A stretch of DNA of 64,000 bases from Isurus oxyrinchus (GCA_026770705.1 JANJGN010000546.1:62001-126000); one strand, 5' to 3'. Counted from the first letter of the stretch, positions 52,150 to 63,415 are shown. Notes: generated by a model from the letters alone, not told the origin. A program made the numbers and translations.

Positions 52150-52705
52150 TCCTCACACATTCACTTGCACACTCACACACCCACACCCACACAGACACAC
52201 TGACACACTCACTCATTCACATTGACACACACTGACACAGTCACACACACCCACACAGACACACTGACACACTCACTCATTCACATTGACACACACTGAC
52301 ACAGTCACACACACCCACACAGACACACTGACACTCTCACTCATTCACATTGACACACACTGACACAGTCACACACACCCACACAGACACACTGACATAC
52401 TCACTCATTCACATTGACACACACTGACACAGTCACACACACACACACACACGCTGACACAATCAAACACATTCACATTGACATGCACTGACAGTCACAC
52501 ATACACACACACACGCTGACACAATCACACACATTCACATTGACACACACATATTGACAGTCACACATACACACACACACTCACTCATAAAGACAGACAC
52601 AAACACAGCCACGCACACACTAACACATACTCACACACACTCACTCACGCACACACACACTGATACACTCAAACACTCACAGACACACACATACTCACAC
52701 ATAAA
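52150..52705. repeat. CA-rich compound microsatellite with ~62-bp units
   Basis: Repeated ACACAGACACACTGACACACTCACTCATTCACATTGAC block. Confidence 0.85.
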
Positions 52706-53195
52706 CAAAGAAGTTTACATTATAAACACTATAAACACAAGTTAGATTCAAAGTGCAGTATATTGGTACAAAAAATAGGTCATAATGAAAACTTCAATAT
52801 GAGATCGTCACTAATAAATCCAATGGGGATTTCAGGAGAAATCTCTTTACCCAGACAGTGGGGAGAATGTGGAACTCGCTCCCACAGAGAGTGGTCGAGG
52901 TGAATAGTGTCGATGTATTTAAGGGGAAGCTGGATAAACACACGAGGGAGAAATGAATAGAAGGATATGGTGATGGGGTGAGATGGAGAAGGGGTGGGCG
53001 GAGACTCGTGTGGATCAGAAACTCCAGCATGGAACAGATGGGCCAAATGGCTTCTTTACCTGCTGTAAAACGCAGGTAAAGTTTCAGTTGGAATTAATGA
53101 ACAGGGCCTGTGTGAAATAGATTGCTAAGCAGTAGATAAGGAGGGGAGAGGCTGTGGCATGGTGCAGGATGACCTTGCGTGAATGAGGCCAGGGT

Positions 53196-53312
53196 CTAAT
53201 ATCTACAGCAGAGACCACAAGTCTCATTTGGTTCTCTCCAATTACAGCAGTGACAGCAGAATCTGCAGAGCTGCTGTCTGCTCATTCTCTTCTGGCGCTG
53301 CAGCAAGGAGCC
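53196..53312 (-). CDS. HAMP: Hepcidin-like gene exon 3: GSLLQRQKR|MSRQQLCRFCCHCCNWREPNETCGLCCRY*
   Basis: CTGCTTTTCCAG acceptor, phase 0, RQKR furin site, C-x2-CC-x-CC-x8-C-x2-CC eight-cysteine hepcidin pattern. Confidence 0.9.
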   Translation of the reverse strand, partial: GSLLQRQKRMSRQQLCRFCCHCCNWREPNETCGLCCRY

Positions 53313-53419
53313 CTGGAAAAGCAGGAGCACAATAGGTGAGAACATTCCGGAAAGAAAGAAGGCACCGCCTCCCTTTGACTCTGGCATCATTTCAATCAGG
53401 CACGTCATTGGAAGGAGGA

Positions 53420-54100
53420 TGGCGCATTTCTATAGCGCCTTTCCCCTCCTCAGGATGGCCAAAAATGTTCAACAGCAGATGGAAGGACTTTTTCTGAAGT
53501 GAGCTCACCGCTGTAATGTAGGAAACGCAGCAGGCAATTCACGCACAGCAAGATCCCACAAACAGAAATGTGATAATGGCCCCGATTTTCAGTTTTTTAC
53601 CAATGTCAGTTGAGGGATAAATGTTTGCCCCAGGAAAGCGGACATAACTCCACCCCATCCAGCCCCCACCACCCCCTCCACACATACCCCCCAACTCCTG
53701 ACGCACTTCATTTAAATTGTGGCCATGGAATCCTCTACATCCATCTGAGAGGGCAGATGTTGTCTCAGTTTAACATCTCATCTGAAAGACAGCACCTTCA
53801 ACAGTGCAGCACCCCCTCAGTACTGACCCTCCGACTGTGCAGCACTCCCTCAGTACTGACCGTCTGACAATGCAGCACCCCCTCAGTACTGACCCTCCAA
53901 CAGTGCAGCACTCCCTCAGTACTGACCGTCTGACAATGCAGCACCCCCTCAGTACTGACCCTCCGACTGTGCAGTCCCCCGCCGGTACTGACCCTCTGAC
54001 AGTGCAGCACTCCAAGACTGACTGTCTGACAATGCAGCACCCCCTCAGTACTGACCCTCCGACTGTCCTGCCCCCCCGCCGGTACTGACCCTCCGACAGC
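53420..54100 (-). mobile_element. DeuSINE-like SINE whose end expands into the 33-bp satellite
   Basis: Minus strand reads ..GTGCTGCACTGTTGAAGGTGCTGTCTTTCAGATGAGATGTTAAACTGAG..CCCTCTCAGATGGATGTAG, resembling the Deu domain. Similar element at about 55790-56345. Confidence 0.65.
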
Positions 54101-55631
54101 TCGGTAATTTCTCAATTATGCCTGGTGGTCCTTTTAACTCAGAGCAGAGAGTCGCAGAGAATCGAGCAGACACCCTGAACTGACACTTGCAGTGCAAGTA
54201 CTGGGAGCGCGCTGGTCATTATCATGCTGCTGTCTGTGGGATCTTACTGTGCGCCAATGGCTGATTCTTTTCCCACAGTACATCAGTGACCTCACATGAA
54301 AGAAAAAAAGCACTTGATTGTCTGCGAAACACTTTGGGACGTCCTGATGTGTTGGAAGGCGCTAGAGAAATGCAAGTCCTCTTTGTCTTTCACTCGATCC
54401 TCTAAGGTGTCTGTTGATTAACCAGCCTCTCGGTGTTTGATGTAGGCCTGGTTATAAACAGTTAGAAGGATCAAATATCAAAAGTGCTTTGGCTGACAGT
54501 CAAACCGATTGTGCATTCGGAGAGATAAGATATGGTCTGCACACAATGACTCCAGTCTCTGGCACTGACTGCCGCCTGGGGTCTCCCTTCCACATAACAC
54601 TCACAACTTGCATTTACACAGCGCCTCTGACATTGCAAAATGTCCCAGCCCACATTACCGGAGCGTAAATCAGAGAGAAGTCTAACACTGAGTCACATAT
54701 GGAGATATTAGGGATAGGTGACCAAAAGCTTGGTCAAAGATGTCAGTTTTTAAGGAGCGTCTTAAAGGAGAGAGAGAGAGAGAGGCAGAGAGGTTAAGGG
54801 AGGGTATTCCGGAGCTCAGGGCCCCAGGCAGCTGAAGGCACGGCCACCAATGGTGGAGCGATGGGAATCAGGGGGACCCGGGAGATGCAGTAATGTCAGA
54901 GATTTTGGAGGAACATCGGGACCGGAGGAGGTGTTCTCCTGCTCCATATCTCTCTCTCTCTTCCTCTCATCCACTCCTCCTCTCCCTGTCTCTCTCTCCT
55001 ACTCTTCCTCTCAATTGCCCTCTCTCCCAATCTTTCTCTCCTCTCTCCCTTTTCCTGTCTCTCTCCCTCTCTCTCTCCCTGTCTCCTTCTCCCACTCTGT
55101 ATCTCTCCCTCTCTCTCACACTATTTTTGTACCTTTCGCTCACTCTGTAACTCTCCCTTTCCTGTTAATTTCTCTCTCTTGGACAATCTCTCTTCCCTTT
55201 TCACTTTCCCTCACTCTGCATCTCTTTAATTTCTCCCTCTGTCACTCTCTCCCACCTATGTTCTTTCCCTTTCACCCCTCCCCGTCCCACTCTCTGTCTC
55301 TCTCTTCCAATCCCTCCCTCCCCCATTCCATCCCTCTCTCCGACTCTCGACTCCCAGCCTCTCTTTAACCCACTCCCAGGCTGGATCAGTCTCCCTCTCA
55401 CTATCCCGGCGTGGGTTACATTTAAAATTCCTGTGGGGATATGTTCACTTCCTTGGAATTGTCTCTTCCCAGCTTTGCAAAAAAAGTTGGGTGGGGGGGG
55501 CTCGATTTCAAACCTGCCTCCTGAGTATAACCGAGACAGACTGCCACTGAAATCAGCTTGAAATCAGAAAACTTTCTGTGGAAGAAACGAGCAGGGAGAA
55601 ACCTTAAAATAAGGAATGAATTTCCACCTAC

Positions 55632-55688
55632 CGTGTCCGGGGAATCCACAGATTTCTCAATCGTCGAAGAACCTAAAGCAGTGTCAAC
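55632..55688 (-). CDS. HAMP: Hepcidin-like gene exon 2 (propeptide VDTALGSSTIEKSVDSPDT, 57 nt, phase 0-0)
   Basis: TTCTCTCTTTTTGCAG acceptor and ACG|GTAGGT donor; size and phase fit a HAMP exon 2. Confidence 0.75.
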
Positions 55689-56404
55689 CTGCAAAAAGAG
55701 AGAATTTATCAGGGAGAAAGTGAGAGGAGGATTGAGGGAGAGGGAGAGAGAGAGAGAGAGGTACAGGAGAGAGAGGGGGAGGAAGACAGACTTGCATTTC
55801 TCTAACGCCTTTCACCACATCCCAAAGCATTTCACAGCCACTGAAGGATGTTTTTGAAGTGCACTCACACTGTAGGAAATGTGGCAGCTGATTTGTGCAC
55901 AGCAAGATCCCACAAATAGCAATGTGATCATGGCCTAGATCATCTGTTTTTGGTGATGTTGGTTGAGGGATAAATATTGGTCCCAGGACACCGGGGAGAA
56001 CACCCCCTGCTCTTCCTCCAAATAGTGGCTGTGGGATCTTTCACACCCGCCCGAGAGGGCAGACGGGGGACTCAGTTTAATGTCTCATTCAACATTGTTG
56101 CGCTCCCTCAGTACTAACCCTTTGACACTGCAGCACTCCCTTAGTATTAACCCTTCGATAGTGCTGCGCTCCCTCAGTACTGTCCCTCCGTCAGTGCAGC
56201 TCTATTTCAGTACTAACCCTTCGACACAGCAGCACTCCCTCAGTACTGACCTCCGACAGTATAGCACTCCCTCAGTACTGTCCCTCCAATAGTGCAACTC
56301 TTCCACACTACTGACCCTCTGAGAGTGCAGCACTCCCTCAGCACGGAGCGTTGATCTACATTATGGGACTGAATTCCCTGGAGTGAGACTCAGACCAGTG
56401 ATTT

Positions 56405-57915
56405 AGGTAGGGTTGTGGGGGCTGGAGGAGGTTACAGAGATAGGGAGGGCTGTAGAGGCTGTAGGAGGTTACAGAGAAAGGGAGGGTTGTAAGGGCTGTA
56501 GGAAGTTACAGAGATAGGGAGGGTTGTAGAGGCTGTAGGAGGTTACAGAGATAGGGAGGGTTGTAGGGGCTGGAGGAGGTTACAGAAATAGGGAGGGCTG
56601 TAGAGGCTGTAGGAGGTTACAGAGATAGGGAGGGTTGTAAGGGCTGTAGGAAGTTACAGAGATAGGGAGGGTTGTAGAGGCTGTAGGAGGTTACAGAGAT
56701 GGGGGAGTTGTGGGGGCTGGAGGAGGTTACAGAGGTAGGGAGGTGTGTAGGGGCTGTAGGAGGTTACAGAGATGGGGTGGTTGTGGGGGCTGGAGGAGGT
56801 TACAGATGTAGGGAGGGTTGTAGAGGCTGGAGGAGGTTACCAAAATAGACACTGCTGTAGGGGCCACAGTAGGTTACAGAGATAGGGAGAGTTATAGTGT
56901 GGAGAGTTCAGGAGGATTGTAGGGGCTGGAGGAGGTTACAGTGATTGTGAGGGTTGTGGGGCCTGGAGGATTTTAAAGAGATAGGGAGGGTTGTAGGGTC
57001 TGGAGCAGGTTACAGAGATAGGGAGGGTTGTAGGGTCTGGAGCAGGTTACAGAGATAGGGAGGGTTGTAGGGTCTGGAGCAGGTTACAGAGATAGGGAGG
57101 GTTGTAGGGTCTGGAGGAGGTTACAGTGATCGTGAGTGTTGTGGGGCCTGGGGGAGGTTACAGAGATAGGGAGTGTTGTGGGGACTGTAGGAGGTTACAT
57201 AGATAGGGAGGGTTGTCGGGTCTGGAGGAGGTTACAGAGATAGGGAGGGTTATAGGGACTGGAGGAGGTTACAGAGATAGGGAGGGTTGTAGAGACTGTA
57301 GGATGTTACAGAGATAGGGATTGTTGTAGGGGCTGGAGGATGTTACAGAGATAGGGAGGGTTGTAGGGGCTGGAGGAGGTTACAGAGATAGGGAGGGTTG
57401 TAGGGGCTGGAGGAGGTTACAGAGATAGGGAGGGTTGTACGGGCTGGAGGAGGTTACAGAGATAGGGAGGGTTGTAGGGGCTGGAGGAGGTTACAGAGAT
57501 AGGGAGGGTTGTAAGTCCTGGTGGAGGTTACAGAGATAGGGATTGTTGTAGGGGCTGGAGGAGGTTACAGAGATAGGGAGGGTTGTAGCGGCTGGAGGAG
57601 GTTACAGAGATAGGGAGGGGTGTAGGGGCTGGAGGAGTTTACAGAGATAGGGAGGGTTGTACGGGCTGGAGGAGGTTACAGAGATAGGGAGGGTTGTAGG
57701 GGCTGGAGGAGGTTACAGAGATAGGGAGGGGTGTAGGGGCTGGAGGAGGTTACAGAGATAGGGAGGGTTGTAAGGCCTGGTGGAGGTTACAGAGATAGGG
57801 AGGGTTGTAGGGGCTGGAGGAGTTTACAGAGATAGGGAGGGTTGTAAGGCCTGGTGGAGGTTACAGAGATAGGGAGTGGCTGAGGAGGGATTGAAAACAA
57901 GAATGAGAATTTCAG
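56405..57915. repeat. 37-bp minisatellite array with an adjoining L2 ORF2 C-terminal stub, in hepcidin intron 1
   Basis: About 40 units; the stub translates on minus as EILILVFNPSSATPYLCNL. Confidence 0.92.
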
Positions 57916-58053
57916 GGGAAACGACAGAAGGAAATGATGTTAAATTCATAGAGGGCGACAATATTAAAGGCACGAACTTAATAATATCAAACTGCGGAAG
58001 AGACCAGTCTATCTGGGTGGTAGACGTAGAGTCATGTGCAAGAAACACCTCAC

Positions 58054-58170
58054 CCAGAGGGACATCTCTTAGCTTAACCTCGACAAGGAGAAGAAGTGAC
58101 TCAGCTGCAGGGAGAGCAGCAAAGTCAGAGTGAACAAGACAAGTCGCCATTTCATCTGGGAGCTTCCCAT
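58054..58170 (-). CDS. HAMP: Hepcidin-like gene exon 1, signal peptide MGSSQMKWRLVLFTLTLLLSLQLSHFFSLS; 3' boundary defective as assembled
   Basis: Basic/hydrophobic signal peptide below a TATAAG box. AG|GTTAAG donor (58079) is out of phase; TGG|GTGAGG donor (58054) is in phase but follows TAA at 58069-58071. Confidence 0.65.
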
Positions 58171-58241
58171 CTCTGCCTGTCTCTTCTGATCTTCTGGCTC
58201 TGCTTTGATGCTTTGGTTTGTAACTAGAGGAGCTTCCTGCT

Positions 58242-58431
58242 CTTATACCTGAAACACTTGAAGGGGACAGCCGCGGGTGGGTAGCTGTGTGGTATCACAC
58301 CCATTTCTGGATATTGCAGTGTCGATGTTCCCTGTCCCACTGGCCTGGGACCAGCAGTAAGGTCACTGGGACATTGACTGTCTGGCGCCGAGAACTATCA
58401 GTCCCTCCGCAACGCCCTTCACCTTGTGCAA
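58242..58431 (-). promoter_or_regulatory. Candidate hepcidin promoter: TATAAG (58242-58247), GGCGCC next to AGAC SMAD element (58380-58389), C/EBP-like TTGTGCAA (58424-58431)
   Basis: Motif matches only, in a non-repetitive island upstream of exon 1. Confidence 0.5.
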
Positions 58432-58849
58432 ATATGTGTTCATACTGATGCAACACAACATAGCAAAAACATAGGGGCTGGTTCTTATGTTGGCAAATCA
58501 GGTGAAGCGCACGCCCCCTAACCCCTTACTCCTCTCATTGCTCCTCCTTCCTGCCAGACACTTACTATTTTACAAATTGTGTGCGTTGCTTTTATTTCGG
58601 ACAAGGGGCCTCGAGGGGGAACTGATTTACGCTGAGGTTTAGGGGTTAACAGCCATGTCATGTGTTGATCGGTCAGTGTTTACCATGTGGAGACTGTCTG
58701 TCACCAGCTTTGTTAATGGTTTATCCAGGAACATTGAAGGGCATGAACGTTCTTGCTTTGTATGGAACAAGTCACCAACTGGGTTCAGTCATCGACTCAG
58801 ACTCACATCAACATAAACTGGCTTCTGACAGGTAAGTTTCTATTACATA

Positions 58850-59440
58850 AGGGTAGGAGGAGGCCATTTGGCCCCTCGAGCCTGCTCCACCATTCAAAGA
58901 GTTCATGGCTGATCTGCAAACTAGCCCCATATGGCTTTGTCCCATCTCCTTTAATACCTTTGGATAACAAAAATCTATCAGTCTCACAGGTTTAAAATGA
59001 ACAACTTGATCGTGCATCAGTTCCTGTTTGGGGAAGAGAGTTCCAAATTTCTCCCACCCTTTGTACTTCCTAATTTAATTCCTTTTTAGGCTCTGACCCC
59101 GAGTCCCAGACTCCCCCCAACCAGGGGAAATGGTTTCTCTTTATCGCCCCCGATCTGTTCCCCTTAATATCATGCGAACTTTCATCAAATCTCCTGCTTA
59201 ACATTCTAACTTCCAGGGAATACAAGCCGAGTTTGTGTTTAATCTCTCCTTGTGATTTAACCCTTGGAGTCCCGGTCTCATTCTGGTAAACTGACACTGC
59301 TCTCCCTCCGAGGTCAATATATCCTTCCTAAGGTGTGGGGCCCAGAATGTCTCACAGTGACTCCAGGTGTGGTCTAGCCAGGGCTTTATGTAGACTGAAG
59401 CATGACCTCTGCCCCCTTATATTCTAATCCGTGAGATAGA
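58850..59440 (-). mobile_element. CR1 LINE 3' fragment, degenerate
   Basis: Tail GGCCATTTGGCCCCTCGAGCCTG; peptides LGLYSLEVR and GLEYKGAEVML. Confidence 0.75.
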
Positions 59441-60039
59441 AAGGGCAGAGTTCCAGAATTGTTGTGTTTATTCGACAACAGAATAACAGAGGAAGGTTTC
59501 CTCTCTGCCCTCTTCAGCCCCACTGGGAAGGTCAGGATGAGAAGGTTGGGCTGGGTCCCCTGTACTGGACACTCGCTGAATCTTCCAATGATAGTTCTGG
59601 GCTGGATTTCAAAACGCATAGACAAGGATTCAGTGTTCCATCACATTCTGCCTTTGTCTCTTTTCCTCTCGTTCTCTTTCTCTTCCATCCTCTCTCTCTA
59701 TCTATCTATCTTTCTCCTCATTCTCTCCTGCTTCATCTCTATCACTTTCTTTCTACTTCTTTGTGTGTCTCTGTCTGTCTCTCTCTCTCACTCTTTCTTT
59801 CCTTGTCCTTATCTCATTCAGTGTCTCCCTCTTTCTCTCTCTCTCTCTCTCTCTAAATGTGACCCTCTCTAACAGTTTGGCCCAGTACTCTTATTTCCCT
59901 GTTTTACTGGTGTTCCATTTGAAGGTATACAAGACCAGATCAGACCAGAATGTTTATTTTCCAGTGTTTACTGTGTTTTTTTCATTCTGGGTGTCTCTCG
60001 ACTCTGTCTGTCCCTCTCTGTCCTTTTATTTCATTCTTT

Positions 60040-60375
60040 CATGTGATGTGGACATCACTGCCTAGGCCAGCATTTATTGCCCAACCCTAATTGCCCTTGT
60101 TCAGAGGCCACTTTTTAAAAGTGAACCACATTGCTGTGGGTCTGGAGTCACATGTTGGCCAGACCAGGTAAGGACAGCAGATTTCCCTCCCTAAAGGGCA
60201 TTTGTGACCCAAATACAAGAATCAGCAATGGTTTCCGGGTCATCATCGGACTTTTAATTCCAGGTTTTTATTGAATTGAAATTCCACCAACTGCTGTGGT
60301 GAGATTCTAACCAGGGTCCCAGGAGCATTACGCTGGGTCTCTGGATTACTGGTCCAGTGAAAATACCATCAGGCC
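60040..60375 (-). mobile_element. tRNA-derived SINE; related pieces near 47600-47810 and 50320-50650
   Basis: B-box-like GGTTAGAATCTC on minus (GGTTCAAATCCC in the 47660 copy) and shared body sequence. Confidence 0.6.
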
Positions 60376-60524
60376 AACACCTCCCCACTCTTCCCTTCCA
60401 CCATCTTTCACACTTGTTCTGTCTCTCTCTCACTCTCCTTCTCTCTTCTCCCTCTCTCAGTCTCTGTCTGTCTCTCAATCTCTCTATCGCTCTCTCTCTC
60501 CCTGTCGCTCTCTCTCTGACTGTC

Positions 60525-61180
60525 TCCCTCCCTATATCTGTAACCTCCTCTCTCTGTCCCTTTCCTCCAGCCCCTACAACCCTCCCTATCTCTGTAACCT
60601 CCACCAGCCCCTACAATCCTCCCCATCTCTGTAACCTCCTCCACCTCCCACAACCCTCCCTATATCTGTAACCTCCTCCACAAGCCCATACAATCCTCCC
60701 TATCCCTGTAACAACCTCCAGCCCGACAACACCCCTATACATGTCACCTCCTCTAGCCACTGTAACCCTAATAATCTCCCAAGCCTCCACCAGCCTTGAC
60801 AATCCTGTCCATCTCTGTAACATCCTCCAACCACCACAACCCTCCCTATTTCTCTAATCTCTTCCAGTCCCTACAACCCTCCCTATCTCTACAACCTGCT
60901 CCACCCCCTGCAACTCGCCCTATCTCTGTGTCATCCTCCAGCCCCTACAACCCTCCCTATACCTGTAACCTCCTCCAGCCCCTACAACCCTCCCTATCTC
61001 TGGAACAGCTTCCAGCAGCTACAACCCTCCCTATCTCTGTAACCTCCTCCAGCCCCTACAACACTCCTTATCTCTGTAACCTCCTCCAGCCCCTACAACC
61101 CTCCTTATCTCTGTAACCTCCTCCAGCCCCTGTAACCCTCCCCATCTCTGTAACCTCCTCCAGCCCCTGTAACCTTCCCC
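60525..61180. repeat. 37-bp minisatellite array (reverse orientation)
   Basis: CCCTACAACCCTCCCTATCTCTGTAACCTCCTCCAG units. Confidence 0.88.
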
Positions 61181-61764
61181 ATCTCTTGAAGGGTTCTCAA
61201 AATTTCCAACTGTCAAGGAACCCTGGGTTGGTGAGCGTGACCCCTGACCTCTCCTAGTGCAATTTAGTTAGGGTTTGGGGGTGGGACAAGGGTAAGGGCA
61301 TTAGTAGCGTGATTCTCCCTCGTTATGCCGTGTGTTCCCCATTCTTAACTCAGTGTACTTTCTAAGTCTGTATAATCTCAGTGTCATCCTAATGTTAGAA
61401 GTTCATTTGTGACTTCAGTAAACTCAGTTTTTGTCTTGCACCAAAACCAGTTGTCTGCTGCACTTTGTGACAAGCCCCGAATAAGTCCAAGGTCTAGAAC
61501 CCAGGGAGTGGGAGCGATTCAGACGGCTCAGAAGTCGCAGGTGAAGCTGACACACACCACCACACCCTACAAGGGGCTGAATGGCCTCCTCCTGTTCCTG
61601 TGTAACGGGCATCAGTGGCTGAATGGCCTCCTCCTGTTCCTGTATAACGGACATAAGTGGCAGAATGGCCTCCTCTTGTTCCTGTGTAACGGACATAAGT
61701 GGCAGAATGGCCTCCTCCTGTTCCTGTGTAACAGGCTCAAGGGGCTGAATGGCCTCCTTCTGCA

Positions 61765-63130
61765 CTGTAAACTTGTTGTGATACTGTAACTGCCTCTTTG
61801 GTTTCATTCAGCTGAATCTTCAGCTCTTCAGTCTCTTCCTTGTATCTCTTGCCTTCCTCCTGGAACATTGGACATGGTTGGGTCTTCCCTGCCAACTGTT
61901 TCTTCAGTTTGCTCAGAGCGGCACAGAATTCGCTTTCTTTCTCTTCAGGATTTTCCAGTGGAACCAACTCTGACCTGAGGGACACTTGCAGCCTGTGAGG
62001 ATGCTTCAATTCTTCAAACTCATTCCGAGATACACTCTCATATTCCCCCAGCAACTCAGCAACTCCTCCAGTGAAACATTTCAGAGCAGCTGAGCTTGGT
62101 TTTCTGGAACCAGTCTCGGCCCAGAAGACTAGGGCCCTCACCTGTCGCTATGATCACTGGAAGCTGGGCTGTCTGCTGCCTGTAGGACACAGGTACTGGG
62201 ATGAGGTCCTTTCCCTGTATGGATTCTCCAGTGTGTGTCTTCAGCTGATCCATTGTTGGCTCTAAATTCAGCGTCTGGGTTCCTTCATTTAGCTGTTTAA
62301 ATGTGGGCTCTTCCACCACTGTGTCTGAGGCTCCCGTATCTGCCCCATTACTAGTGGCTGCCCATTCACTTGGGTTGTGATGGTTATAGGTTCAGTTTTT
62401 ACCACTGTGACATTGGACAGGGAATAGACATCGGTATCAGCAGCTTCAGGCTCTGTGATATTATTCACTTCCATCATGTTGGTGCACTGCCTGATGGGCT
62501 GTCTCGATTTCACCCTGCATTGCTTTATTACCTGCCCCTTTCTTGTGGCAGTGATGGCATTCTGCCCCCTTGAACCTGCAGGTGTCCAGTACGTGCTCAA
62601 TGCCCCCCACATCGAGAACAGGCCAACTTCGGAGTTGCTGCTGAAATACTCCCACGAAGCCTTTTAGTTTCTGGAGCGGCAGAGACTGTCTCTCGCTTGG
62701 CGGCTGTCTCTCTCTCTCTCTCTCCAGTTTGAGCCTCACGCCCGGTGGTTGGTTCCTGTCCCAGCTGAGGACTGGCGCCATGTTGTACATCCTGTAAATC
62801 CCGCCAGTCTCTCCCAGCACTTTCCATGCCTGGCGCTATTTCCATAGTGCGCTTCAAATCGATGTCGGCTTCTGCGAGTAAACGGCTCTGAATGGCGTTG
62901 GGGTGAACGACACAAACCAATCGGCCCCGCAACATGTCATTGAGTGTGTCTCCGAGGTCCCAGTGCTCAGTCACCTGCTTCCACTTCATTGTATAGGTTG
63001 CGATGGACTCTCCCTGGGCCCTTACTCTGGAGTTAAACTTAAACCTCTGCATTATTACCCACGGCTTCAGCTGAAAATACATCTTCATGAGGTCGACTAA
63101 TTGGTGAAAAGATTTAGAATTGGGTGCAAT
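61765..63130 (-). mobile_element. Ty3/Gypsy gag-protease remnant
   Basis: IMQRFKFNSRVR, DMLRGRLVC, CSRCGGH knuckle, GEGPSLLGRDW; same family as 33120-36490. Confidence 0.85.
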
Positions 63131-63415
63131 ACACGTCACTGTCTTCAGCTCTGAGACTGTCAATCCTCACCGAACAATTCTTCCCTTCCAAGTCGCCGAT
63201 TATTTTAGCACGTCCCACGAATGTGGCCATCCCATAATTGGGATCTTTGGTGTATGTGACGGTATATTTCCATCTATACCAATATTTATACCAAGCTCCG
63301 TGCAGTGCTGTGTAAGAGTGGGAAGGAAAGTCAAAGCTACACGGAATAACCACACAAGAGCTGCTGATGGCCCTCAGAGGCAGCGCCTTCATAGACCATC
63401 CCTCTGACGTCACTC
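63130..63415 (-). pseudogene. Gene D: MAG/Siglec-like V-set exon truncated at the F strand
   Basis: TTTCAG acceptor, then SCVVIPCSFDFP..HGAWY..FVGRAKIIGDLEGKNCSVRI..DSDVY, then direct fusion to gag sequence and TAA at 63114-63116. Confidence 0.82.

Noticed and set aside
54850-55368. Hydrophobic Ser/Leu-rich ORFs here and at 59459-59872
   Set aside because: Translations of CT microsatellite tracts
32887-55688. Joining the 57-nt exon (55632-55688) to the ITIM exon as one receptor tail
   Set aside because: Phases are compatible, but its size and position between a signal-peptide exon and the RQKR exon fit hepcidin exon 2 much better
57824-58150. 108-aa minus ORF and 85-aa plus ORF as genes or an env fragment
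   Set aside because: Alternative frames over hepcidin exon 1 and intron running into L2 minisatellite; no recognisable motif
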